Shown here in pieces: positions 33,628-45,329 of a stretch of 64,000 nt of DNA (the first letter of the stretch is position 1; each line of letters begins with the position of its first letter). Where the stretch lies: NCBI GenBank assembly GCA_012862495.1, contig BLSG01000387.1, forward strand, positions 117,188 through 181,187, in the 5' to 3' direction. The notes under the pieces are model-generated. The model did no database searches. It worked only from the letters and a program-made list of their open reading frames with translations, and was not told the origin of the DNA. A program made the translations under genes and the position numbers. The DNA comes from Thraustochytrium aureum. Its lineage: Eukaryota.

Positions 33628-35856
33628 ATGCCGCACGGGGCCAAGGACGAGCGAGTGCCAGACGAGTCGGATGGCACACGCGATGACACGGCGCCGGGCA
33701 TTGGCCTGGAGGTGAGCATCAATTTGAAGGACGGCAAGGCCGGCGAGTACAGCTTTTTTCAGGACGGGGAGGTGCCGGCGCCGGGCGCAGAACGGTCGGC
33801 CGAGGGCCTGCGGGTAGGTGACGCAGGCACGGCGCGGAAGCAGGGCGGTAATGTCGTAGACAGAGAGCAGGCGGACGAGGAGAAGGATACCGCCGCGCAG
33901 ATCCTGCTTGCGGGAGACTACAGCATGGACGGCGTCCGAAGCCTCAGCGCGCACGTGGCGCTCTTCATTGCCGTCTTCTTCGCGTGCTTTGACCTCTACC
34001 TTGTCTTTCTGTTTCGCGGCAAGATGCGGACGCTCCTCTTGTTCGCTTACATGGGCGCTGTGGTCGCAGTCACGCTCGCGGCGTGGCCGACCTACCTGGG
34101 CAACCACCGGCTTTTTTCCAAGGGGTGGCTCCTCCTGACCCTCGCCATTCTCGCGACAGCAAGCGCGGGGCGCATATACGTCCTCCTGCAGCAGTACCAG
34201 GAGCTAGACTTCTTCACGCGCTGGTGGGACGCCATGGAGTGCGTTTTCCTCGTCGGCTCAGCCACATCGATACTGGTGCTAGTACTCCGTCTAGCGGTGC
34301 AACGCGAGTTCAAGACCTGGTCTGAGCGCCGCGACGAGATGGTGTTGCGGTCTCGGGACTGGCTCGTTGCCTGCGACCGCGACCTCCTTGCCGACCGGTT
34401 CGACGCTCTGCGCAAAAAGCGCAACGAGCTCAAGCAGTTCTTTTGGCCCACGGCCACGCTCGACCCGACTCGGCGCCGCGAGCGTATCCTGCGCGAGCGC
34501 GCCGAGGCGCTTGCGAAGCCACGCGATACGCGCTCTGCAGAGGGAGGCGACAAAGAGTCTGCCGAGCCGATAGACCCGCACGGCGATGGCGACTCGGCCG
34601 CCGTCAAAGACACGCCGGAGCTCGAGCTCGCCTTCCCCTCCAAACTATACGTGGCCGCTTCGCTCACAATAGGTCTCGGCATCTTCTACATGATCATTCT
34701 GTACCACGAGGCGGACGACTTCAAGACGCGGTGGGCGGAGACCGTCCAATCTCTGCGGGACGTCGAAGCTGCCGCCTTGATGGGCTGCGCGCAGGTATGG
34801 GCGATTGCGCAGTCCAACGTGACGGACATCGGCGCGGTCCTGGGTCTTGTTAATGCCAACCTTGGCAACCAAGCTGTGACGCTCGAGGCCCTCGAGAGCG
34901 CGATGCGCGCCTGCGACAGGTTTACGAACGCCGACGGACGCAACGTCGAGGTCTTTGGAGCGACCATCGACGACTACCAGCAGGTTGGCGACGCGGTTTC
35001 CATCGGGCTCAAGACCTCGTCAGTGCTGTCGGTTGTCTATGCCACCGTGGCCGCGCTGCTCACCTTTCGCGTATTCCGCCGAGCCTTTGTGGACCACCAC
35101 TACTCGGTGCATACCTTCAACTACGTGAGCGAAAAGTACTCGTTCGACAACTACTTTCGGGTCGTCGCTCTCTTCGTCAGTAACGTGCTGTGGGGCATGC
35201 TGCTTCTCACGGGGATCCTTGGCGCCATCTCTTTTGCCGCGGCGCAGCCTGCGGTGGGCCGCTTGTTCCAGGAGATCTGGCCCGTCCTCGTAAGCATTCT
35301 CATCTACTTGGTCCTCGACAGCATAGTGATTCAGCGCTTGCTGCTGCCGTGCTTTGTCGTCAAGGGCGACGAGATCAAGAGCCCAATCCTCTTTCGTTTC
35401 CTGATGCTCGGCCTCGACCTCTTTCTCGTGCCCTATGCGCTCACTGCGGGGCTCACCAAGACCGTCTATCTCCTCTTGGGAGGCATTGTCAGCCTGATGC
35501 GCCCGGATGCCCGGCTTCTGCCTGACGAGCTCTTATCGTTCGACCGCTCGCATCTCGCATACCATGCCATGGTCAAGTTTCACCATGCCAAGGTGTACGG
35601 CGGCGAGACGTTTGCGCAGCGTGACTTGGACCTTCCAGAGCACCTCGTCGCGCCGAGCGCAGGCGGAGCAGGCAGCCGAGACTCGCCGCTGCTTGGCCCT
35701 GGTGCTGCTCTAGCTGACCTGCGCAACAGCTCGGAGCAGCCGCGCCCCAGGCGTCTCGGCCCGTCCTGGGAGTCGTTGCTTGCGGTCGAACATGGCCGAG
35801 GCGGACATGCGCAATCGCGCGCCTCCCAACAGCACGACTCGGTCGCGATCTCGTGA
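33628..35856 (+). CDS. Multi-pass membrane protein, STRA6/RBP-receptor-like (start uncertain)
   Basis: About 9-10 hydrophobic segments; C-terminal MRPDARLLPDELLSFDRSHLAY resembles the STRA6-family R-x-D-xx-LLP...D-xxxxx-Y motif. Confidence 0.6.
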   Translation: MPHGAKDERVPDESDGTRDDTAPGIGLEVSINLKDGKAGEYSFFQDGEVPAPGAERSAEGLRVGDAGTARKQGGNVVDREQADEEKDTAAQILLAGDYSMDGVRSLSAHVALFIAVFFACFDLYLVFLFRGKMRTLLLFAYMGAVVAVTLAAWPTYLGNHRLFSKGWLLLTLAILATASAGRIYVLLQQYQELDFFTRWWDAMECVFLVGSATSILVLVLRLAVQREFKTWSERRDEMVLRSRDWLVACDRDLLADRFDALRKKRNELKQFFWPTATLDPTRRRERILRERAEALAKPRDTRSAEGGDKESAEPIDPHGDGDSAAVKDTPELELAFPSKLYVAASLTIGLGIFYMIILYHEADDFKTRWAETVQSLRDVEAAALMGCAQVWAIAQSNVTDIGAVLGLVNANLGNQAVTLEALESAMRACDRFTNADGRNVEVFGATIDDYQQVGDAVSIGLKTSSVLSVVYATVAALLTFRVFRRAFVDHHYSVHTFNYVSEKYSFDNYFRVVALFVSNVLWGMLLLTGILGAISFAAAQPAVGRLFQEIWPVLVSILIYLVLDSIVIQRLLLPCFVVKGDEIKSPILFRFLMLGLDLFLVPYALTAGLTKTVYLLLGGIVSLMRPDARLLPDELLSFDRSHLAYHAMVKFHHAKVYGGETFAQRDLDLPEHLVAPSAGGAGSRDSPLLGPGAALADLRNSSEQPRPRRLGPSWESLLAVEHGRGGHAQSRASQQHDSVAIS

Positions 35857-37050
35857 TCAAAGTCAGGAGCACCGTCTGCCGCGCTGTGCGAATCGGTTCC
35901 CCCGGCACGCTGGCCTGGCGCGCATCTGGGCTGAACAGTCGCGAGAACGCCAAACCATGTACTCTACTTTCGCAGCAAGAAACGCACTCCCTTTTTCTTT
36001 GGGTCAAATCAATCAGTCCTCCACGCAAGCCAGGCCGAAACTCCGACTGGTTGCGCCGCTCGGCCTCCTCCAGCGTGGCAGTGCGCGAGCCCGCTTGGAC
36101 CCTGGGCAGCAGCTCGGACGCCTCGAGGACTCGTTACTCGTTATCGTCGATAAAAAACGCGAAAACCGGGCGCCGCAGACCCGCTCGCAGCGTCAGGTCA
36201 GCTGCGCGGGCTGCNNNNNNNNNNNNNNNNNNNNNNNNNNNNNNNNNNNNNNNNNNNNNNNNNNNNNNNNNNNNNNNNNNNNNNNNNNNNNNNNNNNNNN
36301 NNNNNNNNNNNNNNNNNNNNNNNNNNNNNNNNNNNNNNNNNNNNNNNNNNNNNNNNNNNNNNNNNNNNNNNNNNNNNNNNNNNNNNNNNNNNNNNNNNNN
36401 NNNNNNNNNNNNNNNNNNNNNNNNNNNNNNNNNNNNNNNNNNNNNNNNNNNNNNNNNNNNNNNNNNNNNNNNNNNNNNNNNNNNNNNNNNNNNNNNNNNN
36501 NNNNNNNNNNNNNNNNNNNNNNNNNNNNNNNNNNNNNNNNNNNNNNNNNNNNNNNNNNNNNNNNNNNNNNNNNNNNNNNNNNNNNNNNNNNNNNNNNNNN
36601 NNNNNNNNNNNNNNNNNNNNNNNNNNNNNNNNNNNNNNNNNNNNNNNNNNNNNNNNNNNNNNNNNNNNNNNNNNNNNNNNNNNNNNNNNNNNNNNNNNNN
36701 NNNNNNNNNNNNNNNNNNNNNNNNNNNNNNNNNNNNNNNNNNNNNNNNNNNNNNNNNNNNNNNNNNNNNNNNNNNNNNNNNNNNNNNNNNNNNNNNNNNN
36801 NNNNNNNNNNNNNNNNNNNNNNNNNNNNNNNNNNNNNNNNNNNNNNNNNNNNNNNNNNNNNNNNNNNNNNNNNNNNNNNNNNNNNNNNNNNNNNNNNNNN
36901 NNNNNNNNNNNNNNNNNNNNNNNNNNNNNNNNNNNNNNNNNNNNNNNNNNNNNNNNNNNNNNNNNNNNNNNNNNNNNNNNNNNNNNNNNNNNNNNNNNNN
37001 NNNNNNNNNNNNNNNNNNNNNNNNNNNNNNNNNNNNNNNNNNNNNNNNNN

Positions 37051-37909
37051 ATGTCAACGCGGGCCCGACCCAGCTGCCCCTCGAGCTGCTCAGTGCGCCG
37101 CGTCGCAGCGCGCACGTCCGCACCGAGCGCTCCGAGGCCCTCCTCGAGGGCGCCGCGCAGCCGCGCCTGCTGCTGCCGCAGAGTGCCCATGGCGCGCTCG
37201 ACAAGCTCGAGGTCGCCCATACGCGCTTGTCCAAGGTCCTCGACGCGGGAGTGTGCGCGCTCCGTCAATTTTTCAACGTCGTCAAGACGAGCTTGGAGAG
37301 CCCCCATGTTGGTCTTCCACCCGGTGCGGAGGGCGTGCGCCTCTTCGCTCACCTGCAGGGTCCGCGCCGAGTGCTCTTCGCGCAGCGCGGCGACATGGTC
37401 TTTGGCCTCCATTATGTCTCGCTGCAGCTGCTGTATCCAGCTCGCCACGCGCGCCTGCGAGCCTTCAGGATCTCGTTGTCCTTAGCCCAGTCGCGCTCTT
37501 TGCCAGTCCAGACCTCGTTGGAGCGCCGGATGAGGTCGAACTCGACCGCCACGTCGTTCGTGACGACCTCGAACTTGTCGAGGCGCCGCTCCAGTTCGTT
37601 GCACCTGTGTGCCGCCTCGTCGCGAGCAGCGTCGACCTCGTCCAAGACAACCTGCGCGAGCGAGAGCGTTCAGTGGTCTGCCTCCGCGGGGAAGCCGGGG
37701 CGTCCAACAACAACAAAGCCGCTGCGACTCACCTCGGAGAGCGTGTCGAACGCGCCGCGCAGGGCCGCCATCTGGCCATTCAAATGGTCCAGTGTGGCCT
37801 GCGTCTCTTGCTCGAGCGCCAGCTGCTCCTTGGCGTTCCGCTGCAGCGTTCTCACGGCATTTTTCAGTTGGGCCAGCTCGCTGAGTCCGCGTGGTCCAAG
37901 CGAGGTCAT
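37051..37909 (-). CDS. Coiled-coil protein (intron 37652-37732; 3' end in gap; probable frameshift near 37455)
   Basis: GAG|GTGAGT donor and GCAG|GTT acceptor join GAFDTLSE to VVLDEVDAA; heptad pattern throughout. Confidence 0.6.
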
Positions 37910-39401
37910 GCTCCCCAGGCCCAGCGTGGGCTCGCGCGCAGGGGCAGCGTCCGCACTATCGCCGGGCCCAAACGCACAGTGGCGCGGGCAGCTTGGCGGC
38001 CAGAGCGGAGCGGGCCCAACTGCTCGGTCAGCGTCGCGGGATGCCGCGTCCGACCTGGACGATTGAACGTCAAGGAAAGAGCCGTTGGCTTAGCGCGTCA
38101 GCCTCGCGCCTGCCGCCTGCGCGCCTGCCGCCTGCGGCCTGCCGCCTGTGTGCTTGCCGCCTGCGCGCTTGCCGCCTGCGTGCTTGCCAGATTGTTGCTC
38201 TCGGATGATGCCGTGCGCTTGTTTCGCGCCTTGCGCTCCTCCGATGCGTGGAGGCAGTGGCTGGCCCTGGCGTCGAGCAGCGGAATGCGCAGCTCGCCCT
38301 GCGTGAATCTATCCGCTGGAGGCGCCTCGGCAGCCTCGCGTCCGATGCGTGCAGGAGCAGCATCGGCAACTCTCTCTCGAGCTAGCTCTAGAGAGAGGCA
38401 GGCCGAGGCAGGCCGAGGCAGCCAACGGCCAAATCGCCAGCAAACGCAGCAGCAGCAAACGCAGCAGCAAACGCAGCAGCAGCAAACNNNNNNNNNNNNN
38501 NNNNNNNNNNNNNNNNNNNNNNNNNNNNNNNNNNNNNNNNNNNNNNNNNNNNNNNNNNNNNNNNNNNNNNNNNNNNNNNNNNNNNNNNNNNNNNNNNNNN
38601 NNNNNNNNNNNNNNNNNNNNNNNNNNNNNNNNNNNNNNNNNNNNNNNNNNNNNNNNNNNNNNNNNNNNNNNNNNNNNNNNNNNNNNNNNNNNNNNNNNNN
38701 NNNNNNNNNNNNNNNNNNNNNNNNNNNNNNNNNNNNNNNNNNNNNNNNNNNNNNNNNNNNNNNNNNNNNNNNNNNNNNNNNNNNNNNNNNNNNNNNNNNN
38801 NNNNNNNNNNNNNNNNNNNNNNNNNNNNNNNNNNNNNNNNNNNNNNNNNNNNNNNNNNNNNNNNNNNNNNNNNNNNNNNNNNNNNNNNNNNNNNNNNNNN
38901 NNNNNNNNNNNNNNNNNNNNNNNNNNNNNNNNNNNNNNNNNNNNNNNNNNNNNNNNNNNNNNNNNNNNNNNNNNNNNNNNNNNNNNNNNNNNNNNNNNNN
39001 NNNNNNNNNNNNNNNNNNNNNNNNNNNNNNNNNNNNNNNNNNNNNNNNNNNNNNNNNNNNNNNNNNNNNNNNNCAGAGTAGGCAGCGAGCGGCGGCGGCG
39101 GCGCTGGTTTGGGGCGGCGGAGGGCGGGGCGCGCGGGACGGCTTGAACGNGGTAAGGCTGTGGCTCGGGGCGGAGGGCGTCCGCCTGGTTTTGCGTTGGT
39201 GGACTTTGCTGCTCGAGAGCGTGTTTGCTGGATTCCTGCTGGGGCGGTTGCGGAGAGCGCGCCGAGGTGCTGCTGCTGGAGGACGCGCGCACGGACGCAC
39301 GGACGCGTGGACGGCGTGGCTGACCTTGCGCGAGCGAAGAGGCGGCGAAGAGGCGAAAGGGCGAAGCGCGCTGGAACGCGCGGGGAGGACAGCGAGGTAG
39401 A

Positions 39402-39737
39402 ATGGCGCAGCAGGGCGCCTCACTGCAGAATTACAACAATGAGCTGGTCAAGTGCATCGAGGACCTGCGCGAGAAGCGCGAGGAGGTGAACCGGCAAATT
39501 CTCAAAGACGAGGAGGAGAAGGCGAAAATTCAAAAGGACCTTAGCATCCTGACTGACCGCCTCTCCAAGGTGAACGAGTCGCTTGCCAAACGCGTGTCTG
39601 CGCGTCGCGAGTACGACAAGACCATCCAGGAGACCGAGGCGGCGTACATGAAGATTCTCGAGTCGTCGCAGACCCTGCTGCACGTGCTCAAGCGCGAAAG
39701 TGTCAACCTCGGCAAGAAGAAGCAGAGCTCGGCCTGA
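39402..39737 (+). CDS. SSNA1: SSNA1/NA14/DIP13 microtubule/basal body coiled-coil protein
   Basis: [26 protein letters not shown]...[23 protein letters not shown]. Confidence 0.95.
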   Translation: MAQQGASLQNYNNELVKCIEDLREKREEVNRQILKDEEEKAKIQKDLSILTDRLSKVNESLAKRVSARREYDKTIQETEAAYMKILESSQTLLHVLKRESVNLGKKKQSSA

Positions 39738-39780
39738 CACGCGTATTCCCCCATTACCCTCTTACGTAACAAAAAAACAG

Positions 39781-39976
39781 CATTATGTGTTCTTGCCCAG
39801 CACCGCCGCATGATGTGCTCTTGCCCAGCACCGCCGCATGATGTGCTCTTGCCCAGCACCGCCGCATTATGTGCTCTTGCCCAGCACCGCCGCATTATGT
39901 GCTCTTCCCCAGCACCGCCGCATTATGTGCTCTTCCCCAGCACCGCCGCATTATGTGTTCGTGCCCAGCACCGCCT
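39781..39976. repeat. 28-bp minisatellite, 7 copies (CATTATGTGCTCTTGCCCAGCACCGCCG)
   Basis: Head-to-tail units at 39781, 39809, 39837, 39865, 39893, 39921, 39949 with no spacers. Confidence 0.95.
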
Positions 39977-40021
39977 TCTCCACTCCAGCACCATCTGCGG
40001 TGTGGAGACCAAGGAGAGGGC

Positions 40022-42178
40022 CTACACGGCGCTCTCCGTTCTCGAGCCGCCTCGGCCCCGCCGATCAGGAACATCTATCGGCCTGGCTTCATCCGCATTG
40101 ACCCGGCCGTTGTTCAAGCCCCAACTCTGAAGCTGGACACTCGCAGGCTCATCCGTTGCTTCCGCCGAGCGGCTCGCGCCGCTGTCTGGGAGCTCGTGCC
40201 AGTCGCCCTGCACAAAGTCGTCGCCCATCATGCGTAGAACAAACCCAACGACGCCAAACACAAACCACACGGCCGGCGACAGGAAGAGCGGCGCAACGTG
40301 GTCGGTCTGCGTACCGAGCATAAGCGAGAGGACCCCCGTCATGAGGAGGAGGAGGTAGGCCAGCGCGGCGAGCCGGGCCGCGGGCCCGCGGCCCTCGCCG
40401 CACCTCGCGCGCTGCCGAACCACGTGCACAGAAAACTTGCCCTCCAGCGGGAGCGCACTGGCTGCGGACCGCGCCTGAGCAGCAAGCAACAGCAGGGCCG
40501 GGAGCACAATCGCCACCTGCATCAGCGCTGCAAAGAGCATCGCCTGCGGATCCTGTGCGAAGCCCTGGCCGATCACTGCGATGCCAAAGGGGAACACCAG
40601 ACAGAGCGGCCCGCCGTCGGACGACACGAAAAACCCCACCGCGAAAGGGCCCACCGCAAGCCATGGCACGGAGACCGCCAAGAACCACGAGAGCGCCCTT
40701 TGGGAGGGCGACGCGAGACGGCCCGCGCCGAGGCCCCTGACAGGGAGAGCTGCAAGCAGGACCGCCCGCTCGCGGAACAGAAACAGCGCGTTTGCGAAGG
40801 TAGCAGCCACCAGCATTGCGCGAAACACGGCGCTTGTGTCTCCAAACGCCTGCTCCACCTGGACGCGCGTTTTCCCGAGCTTGCCAGTTGCGCCGTCCAG
40901 GCTAAACTGGTGCTCGTCAACGCGGGAGCGGCCCTCCGAGTCGGTAATGGTTACCTGAATCGTGTGCAGCCCAGTCGCAAAGTGAGCGGCAGGCTCCCAA
41001 CGGAGCACGTAAAGGCCCGTCGAGCCGTCGACGGCAGTGGCGCGCCCGTTCGCCGGATGGTCGGCGGCACCGTCAAAGACCACGTCCACCGCGCTGATCG
41101 AGGCGCCAGCTGAGGTATACGCAAGCACGCGCACGTGGGTCGAGGTCGCGGTGTGCGACGGCTCGTGCACGCTCAAGTATCGCGCATCCTTCGGGTTGGT
41201 CACCAAGGAGATCGGGAACCCGTCGTCGAGGACCAGTTCCGCGAAGGAAACCGCCCCGTGGTCAAAGGCCATCAGTCGATACCCTTGGCTGCGAACCATG
41301 TCGTCCACCTCAAGCTCGATCATCCCGTCCCCCACGCGGTGCTTCATGGTCGCAGAGTGGATGTGGCCGCAGAGGTAGTACGAGGAGCGCTCGCGGATTG
41401 CAGACCCGAGCCCGCCCAGAATCTGCGACTCGGGGTGGTGGCCGATCAGCAGCGACTGCGTCGGCTCTGGCGATGCTGAAAGCAGATCCAGCACGGCCTC
41501 GCGCGTTTCGCCGTCAAGTGCGCCGTAAAAATTGAACGGCTTGCTCACGCCGGGGCCGATCGAGGCATCCAACGCGACGACGCGAAGCACCGAGGTCCCC
41601 ACGGCAAACTCGGTGCTCCACGCACGGCGCGAAGTCTGGGCGCCGCCACGGTTCAACGCGGACGATACGCCAAACCGTTCGTACAGGTTTGTTTCTGGGT
41701 CGTCAATCCTGCCGCTGCCGTAGGTGTCGTGGTTGCCACGTGTGTCGAACCACATCCCTGGCGCGTCCAGCATGCCCGTGCGCTGCAGCACATCGCGGTA
41801 CGTGACCCACTCGCTTAGCTGTTGCCCCCCGCCGCGCCGGTTCGAGTCGCCGTACCCGTCAACGAGGTCTCCCGTCGCAAATACGGCTTTTGGGCCAACA
41901 GCGCCAACCACGTTGGCGCAGAACGCCTCGAGGTTTTCTTCTTGTTTCGGGCTGAATTTACTCAGGTGGATGTCGCTCACGTGCAAGAACACTGCGAGCT
42001 CGTCTGTCCCGTTGCTCGGCGCGGGCCCCGCGTACCTCGCTTCGCTCAGCGTCGGTCCTTGCACCTGGGCGCCGTCGTAGGTGGAGTATGACACTGCGAC
42101 TTTGACTGGCACCCAGAGCCCCAGGACGACGAGTGCCGCAGCGGGCAGCACTGCCCACGCCCTGCTCATCCGCGCCAT
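40022..42178 (-). CDS. TMEM62: TMEM62-like metallophosphoesterase with Ig-like domain and C-terminal TM helices
   Basis: SDIHLS, TGDLVD, RGNHD, FNFYG, GHHP, LCGHIH, YRLMAFDHG, VTNPKDA; possible 5'UTR intron 42180-42230. Confidence 0.88.
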   Translation of the reverse strand: MARMSRAWAVLPAAALVVLGLWVPVKVAVSYSTYDGAQVQGPTLSEARYAGPAPSNGTDELAVFLHVSDIHLSKFSPKQEENLEAFCANVVGAVGPKAVFATGDLVDGYGDSNRRGGGQQLSEWVTYRDVLQRTGMLDAPGMWFDTRGNHDTYGSGRIDDPETNLYERFGVSSALNRGGAQTSRRAWSTEFAVGTSVLRVVALDASIGPGVSKPFNFYGALDGETREAVLDLLSASPEPTQSLLIGHHPESQILGGLGSAIRERSSYYLCGHIHSATMKHRVGDGMIELEVDDMVRSQGYRLMAFDHGAVSFAELVLDDGFPISLVTNPKDARYLSVHEPSHTATSTHVRVLAYTSAGASISAVDVVFDGAADHPANGRATAVDGSTGLYVLRWEPAAHFATGLHTIQVTITDSEGRSRVDEHQFSLDGATGKLGKTRVQVEQAFGDTSAVFRAMLVAATFANALFLFRERAVLLAALPVRGLGAGRLASPSQRALSWFLAVSVPWLAVGPFAVGFFVSSDGGPLCLVFPFGIAVIGQGFAQDPQAMLFAALMQVAIVLPALLLLAAQARSAASALPLEGKFSVHVVRQRARCGEGRGPAARLAALAYLLLLMTGVLSLMLGTQTDHVAPLFLSPAVWFVFGVVGFVLRMMGDDFVQGDWHELPDSGASRSAEATDEPASVQLQSWGLNNGRVNADEARPIDVPDRRGRGGSRTESAV

Positions 42179-42909
42179 CCTGCACGGGCAAACAGACAGA
42201 CAGACAGACAGACAGAGATGAGCGACTCACCTGTGCACCAGCGAGCAGCGCCGTGCACGATTCCACCGCGCCGGCTGCGTTCAGGGTCTGCCACCCTGTG
42301 CCCGCCTCGTGGTTTTCAAGTTCACTTTCTTTCGGATAGAGTAGAGGTAGTACTTCTTGTTGCAGTACCGTAGCACACCCTGATGAAAAGGGTCGGGTTG
42401 GCGGAAGTCTGAGATGAGGCAGGTCGTCGCAAGCTTCGTTCCCCACCAGGCCCTCCTGTGTGGTTGCGGTGCCGCTGTTCGTGAGAGGTGGAGTACTTCC
42501 AGGACCTGGGACAAAGGCCTCGGCCTGTGGTATTGTATTTTTTAAAGGCCGGGTGTGACGGGACATCTGTCTCTGCGCGCGACGAAGGCCGCGTGCTGAC
42601 GAGCCCCCATGGGAACCAGGCCGGCAACGAAAGTCTAAAGATGGCGAGAGCCTGACGGATGGATACCTAATGGCCTTGCGACGTTGACACGAAGCGTCCG
42701 CGACAAGCTCGTCGATAGAATAGTTGCAGCAAGCAACCTCTTCGTGGAGCATCCGGAGACAACCAGCTGAAGCCTGCTTGCTCGACACGTTAGCTGCAAC
42801 CAAGAAGTGAGCTCGAGTTGAAATCAACCCCGCCCCGCCTTTCTGGACGACAGCTGTCTCACGTCTCTTCTCGTGCGCGTCGACGACGCCCGTCGTCCGT
42901 CGTTCCATA

Positions 42910-45033
42910 CTACGATCCACGTGGACGCCCAAAGGTGAGGCGCGGAGCCGCTGAACGGTGAACGAGCTCACAGACTGTCGCTGGGTTCAAAGCTGGGTCG
43001 CTCGCACGCGCATCCTTGCACGCCGAAGCGAGATCAGCTTCGGAGATGTCAAGCAGGTCGAGAACCTCGGACCCGAGCACAAAGTACCTGTGCCGGTCGA
43101 GCTCGACAGGGAGTTCCAAGTCACGCCGACGCAGGTCCCGAAAGCGGTACAGAATCTCCCGCACCCGGTCTCTTGCGCCGTCAAAGATGCCTTGCGCCTC
43201 CTCCAGCATTGCCGAGCGGTCGAGACTCGAGCGTGGCGTCTCGAGCCATGTCACGGCGCGGCCGTCCGGCGTAAAGGAGACCTCCGACAGGAGCCGAACG
43301 CCGTCAAAGCGATCATAGGGGCCGTTGAAAAGGTACTGCCCGGTCTGCAAGCACAGTGCGTACAGCGGCAGGAGCTTCCACCCATGCCGCGCAACTTGCT
43401 CGATGGCGCGCAGGATGAACCGGAACTCGTCCTCGCTCACAAAGTAATTGAAGTTGACCCGCACCCAGCCCGGCTTGAAGGCGTGCAGGCCCTGCTCCGA
43501 GGCGACCAGCACGGATTGCACAAAGCCAGGCCCGCTCACCGGCTCAAAGAGGCGAAACCCGAGCGGCCCGGCGCAGCTGCACCCGCTGCGGGCTTGGATA
43601 CCGTAAAGGTCGTTGAGGAGCTGGCAAACAAAGTGCGGGTGGAGGAATCGACGCTTCATTTGCGGCCCCACTGCGAGGCCTTCTGGGGCGGGGACATTGA
43701 ACGACGTGATGCTGAGGCGGCGCTCTGCGCTGTGAATGTTCGACTTGGTGTCGCCCATGATCCAAAGCCCCGCCTTCTGTAGATACATCACGGCTCGCTG
43801 CGCAAAGTCGCCCTCAATCGCCTCGATGCGCGCCGGCCCAACGAGGTCGCGGAGGCGAAACGCCAGACCGCAGCGGATTGCTCCCATAATGTTTGGCGTC
43901 CCCGCCTCTTCGCGGACATGGAGCTCGCTCTCGTAGACTGCACCAGAGTCCCAGACCATTCGGACCGTGCCACCGCCAGCAACAGTGGGGGGCGCTGAAG
44001 CAGGGCGGGCGGCCAGCAGGCAGTCCTTCCTTGCCAGGAGGATGCCCGGCGCCCCTGGACCGCCGACAAACTTGTGCGGGCTGAGGTAGATGGCGTCCAG
44101 GTAAGTGCCTCCTTGGCCGTTGCCGAGCATGGACACCTCAACGTACGGGCCCGCTCCGGCAAAGTCCCAGCAGCTCAGCGCGCCGTACTCGTGCAAAACC
44201 TGCGACACCCCGTACGGGTCGTTGCGCAGCCCAGTGACGTTCGAGGCAGCCGTGAAGGACCCGAGTACGAGCCGTGGCTTGGACGCCTGTGCGAGCTTGG
44301 CCCGCTCTCGCTCTGCCTCGAGCACACGCCTGACGCCATCGAGGGAGAGCTCGCCGCGCTCGTCGCTTCCAATCACGTGCACCTCGGCAAGGTTTTCGCG
44401 CCACATGAGCTCGTTCGAATGGTGCTCAGCCTCGGAAATCATCACAAGCGGTCGCTCGTGAAGCGGAACGTGCTCGCGCACCATCTCGCGCAGGTGGAAC
44501 GGCACCGCGATACCCATGAGATCGACAAACTTTGCGATCGCGCCAGTCACGCCGCTCCCCGTGAAGATCAGCGTGTGCTCCACTTTGTTAGCGCCCAAGC
44601 CACGCATGACCGTTTCGCGAGCCTCTTCGCGGAAATGCGTGGTCTGAAGCCCGGTGGCGCTGCTCTCGGTGTGCGTGTTGGCAAACATTGGGCCGACGAC
44701 CTTGACCATGTACTCCTCGATAAAGGCGAGGGGGCGCCCAGAGGCCGTGTAGTCTGCATAGCAGACCCTACGATTGCCAAAGGGGGTGTGGATCTCCGCG
44801 TCTGGTGGAAGGTTCCCGCGGACCACCTCGAGGCGCGCCTCCTCGTTCACGTCAAGCGCCACGCCGCGCGGCGGCACGTCGATCCCATCAACGCGGTCGC
44901 CCTTGCGCTGCGCGCGCTCAAACCGCCTCCACACCGCAGCATGCGCCGCAAAGGCCGGGCCCTCGGCCTTGGTCGTCGTGCTCGCTAGCTCGTCCGCGTC
45001 AGCGCGACTGGGGCTCGGTTGGCGGAGGTCCAT
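42910..45033 (-). CDS. Class V PLP-dependent enzyme (cysteine desulfurase-like)
   Basis: YADYTASGR, EHHSN, AASNVTG, WDFA, SPHKFVGG (PLP Lys), RSGCSCAG, KPGWVR. Confidence 0.88.
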   Translation of the reverse strand: MDLRQPSPSRADADELASTTTKAEGPAFAAHAAVWRRFERAQRKGDRVDGIDVPPRGVALDVNEEARLEVVRGNLPPDAEIHTPFGNRRVCYADYTASGRPLAFIEEYMVKVVGPMFANTHTESSATGLQTTHFREEARETVMRGLGANKVEHTLIFTGSGVTGAIAKFVDLMGIAVPFHLREMVREHVPLHERPLVMISEAEHHSNELMWRENLAEVHVIGSDERGELSLDGVRRVLEAERERAKLAQASKPRLVLGSFTAASNVTGLRNDPYGVSQVLHEYGALSCWDFAGAGPYVEVSMLGNGQGGTYLDAIYLSPHKFVGGPGAPGILLARKDCLLAARPASAPPTVAGGGTVRMVWDSGAVYESELHVREEAGTPNIMGAIRCGLAFRLRDLVGPARIEAIEGDFAQRAVMYLQKAGLWIMGDTKSNIHSAERRLSITSFNVPAPEGLAVGPQMKRRFLHPHFVCQLLNDLYGIQARSGCSCAGPLGFRLFEPVSGPGFVQSVLVASEQGLHAFKPGWVRVNFNYFVSEDEFRFILRAIEQVARHGWKLLPLYALCLQTGQYLFNGPYDRFDGVRLLSEVSFTPDGRAVTWLETPRSSLDRSAMLEEAQGIFDGARDRVREILYRFRDLRRRDLELPVELDRHRYFVLGSEVLDLLDISEADLASACKDARASDPALNPATVCELVHRSAAPRLTFGRPRGS

Positions 45034-45329
45034 GCCGACGGCCCTCGCGTGCTCGCTGGGCGCCAGATCCCCCTGCTTCCTTCACACCGCGACCTGGTGG
45101 AGTGAGCGGCGTCGTTTTGCTGCTTGCGCTGCTCTCGAATCCAGGTCTGGCGCGCCCCGCGACCGTTTCGGTCTTCAAGTCCAAGCGCACCTCGGCCAGT
45201 TTCGCCCGGGTATTCGCACCACCCGGCAAGAGAGGCCTAAATGGCTACTAATACGCGGGTCTGGTCAGGATACGTGCGGATACAACAGGACATTCGTACA
45301 CGCACCGGTTGGTAGGCCTTCTCATCGCG

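Noticed and set aside
35780..39400. 1206-aa ORF and other X-filled long ORFs
   Set aside because: Artefacts of translating through N gaps
39781..39976. CRISPR array (28-bp repeats)
   Set aside because: Units are contiguous with no unique spacers, no cas genes, eukaryotic context
41958..42971. 337-aa ORF between TMEM62 and the PLP enzyme
   Set aside because: No recognisable motifs; it runs through a (TCTG)n intron-like tract
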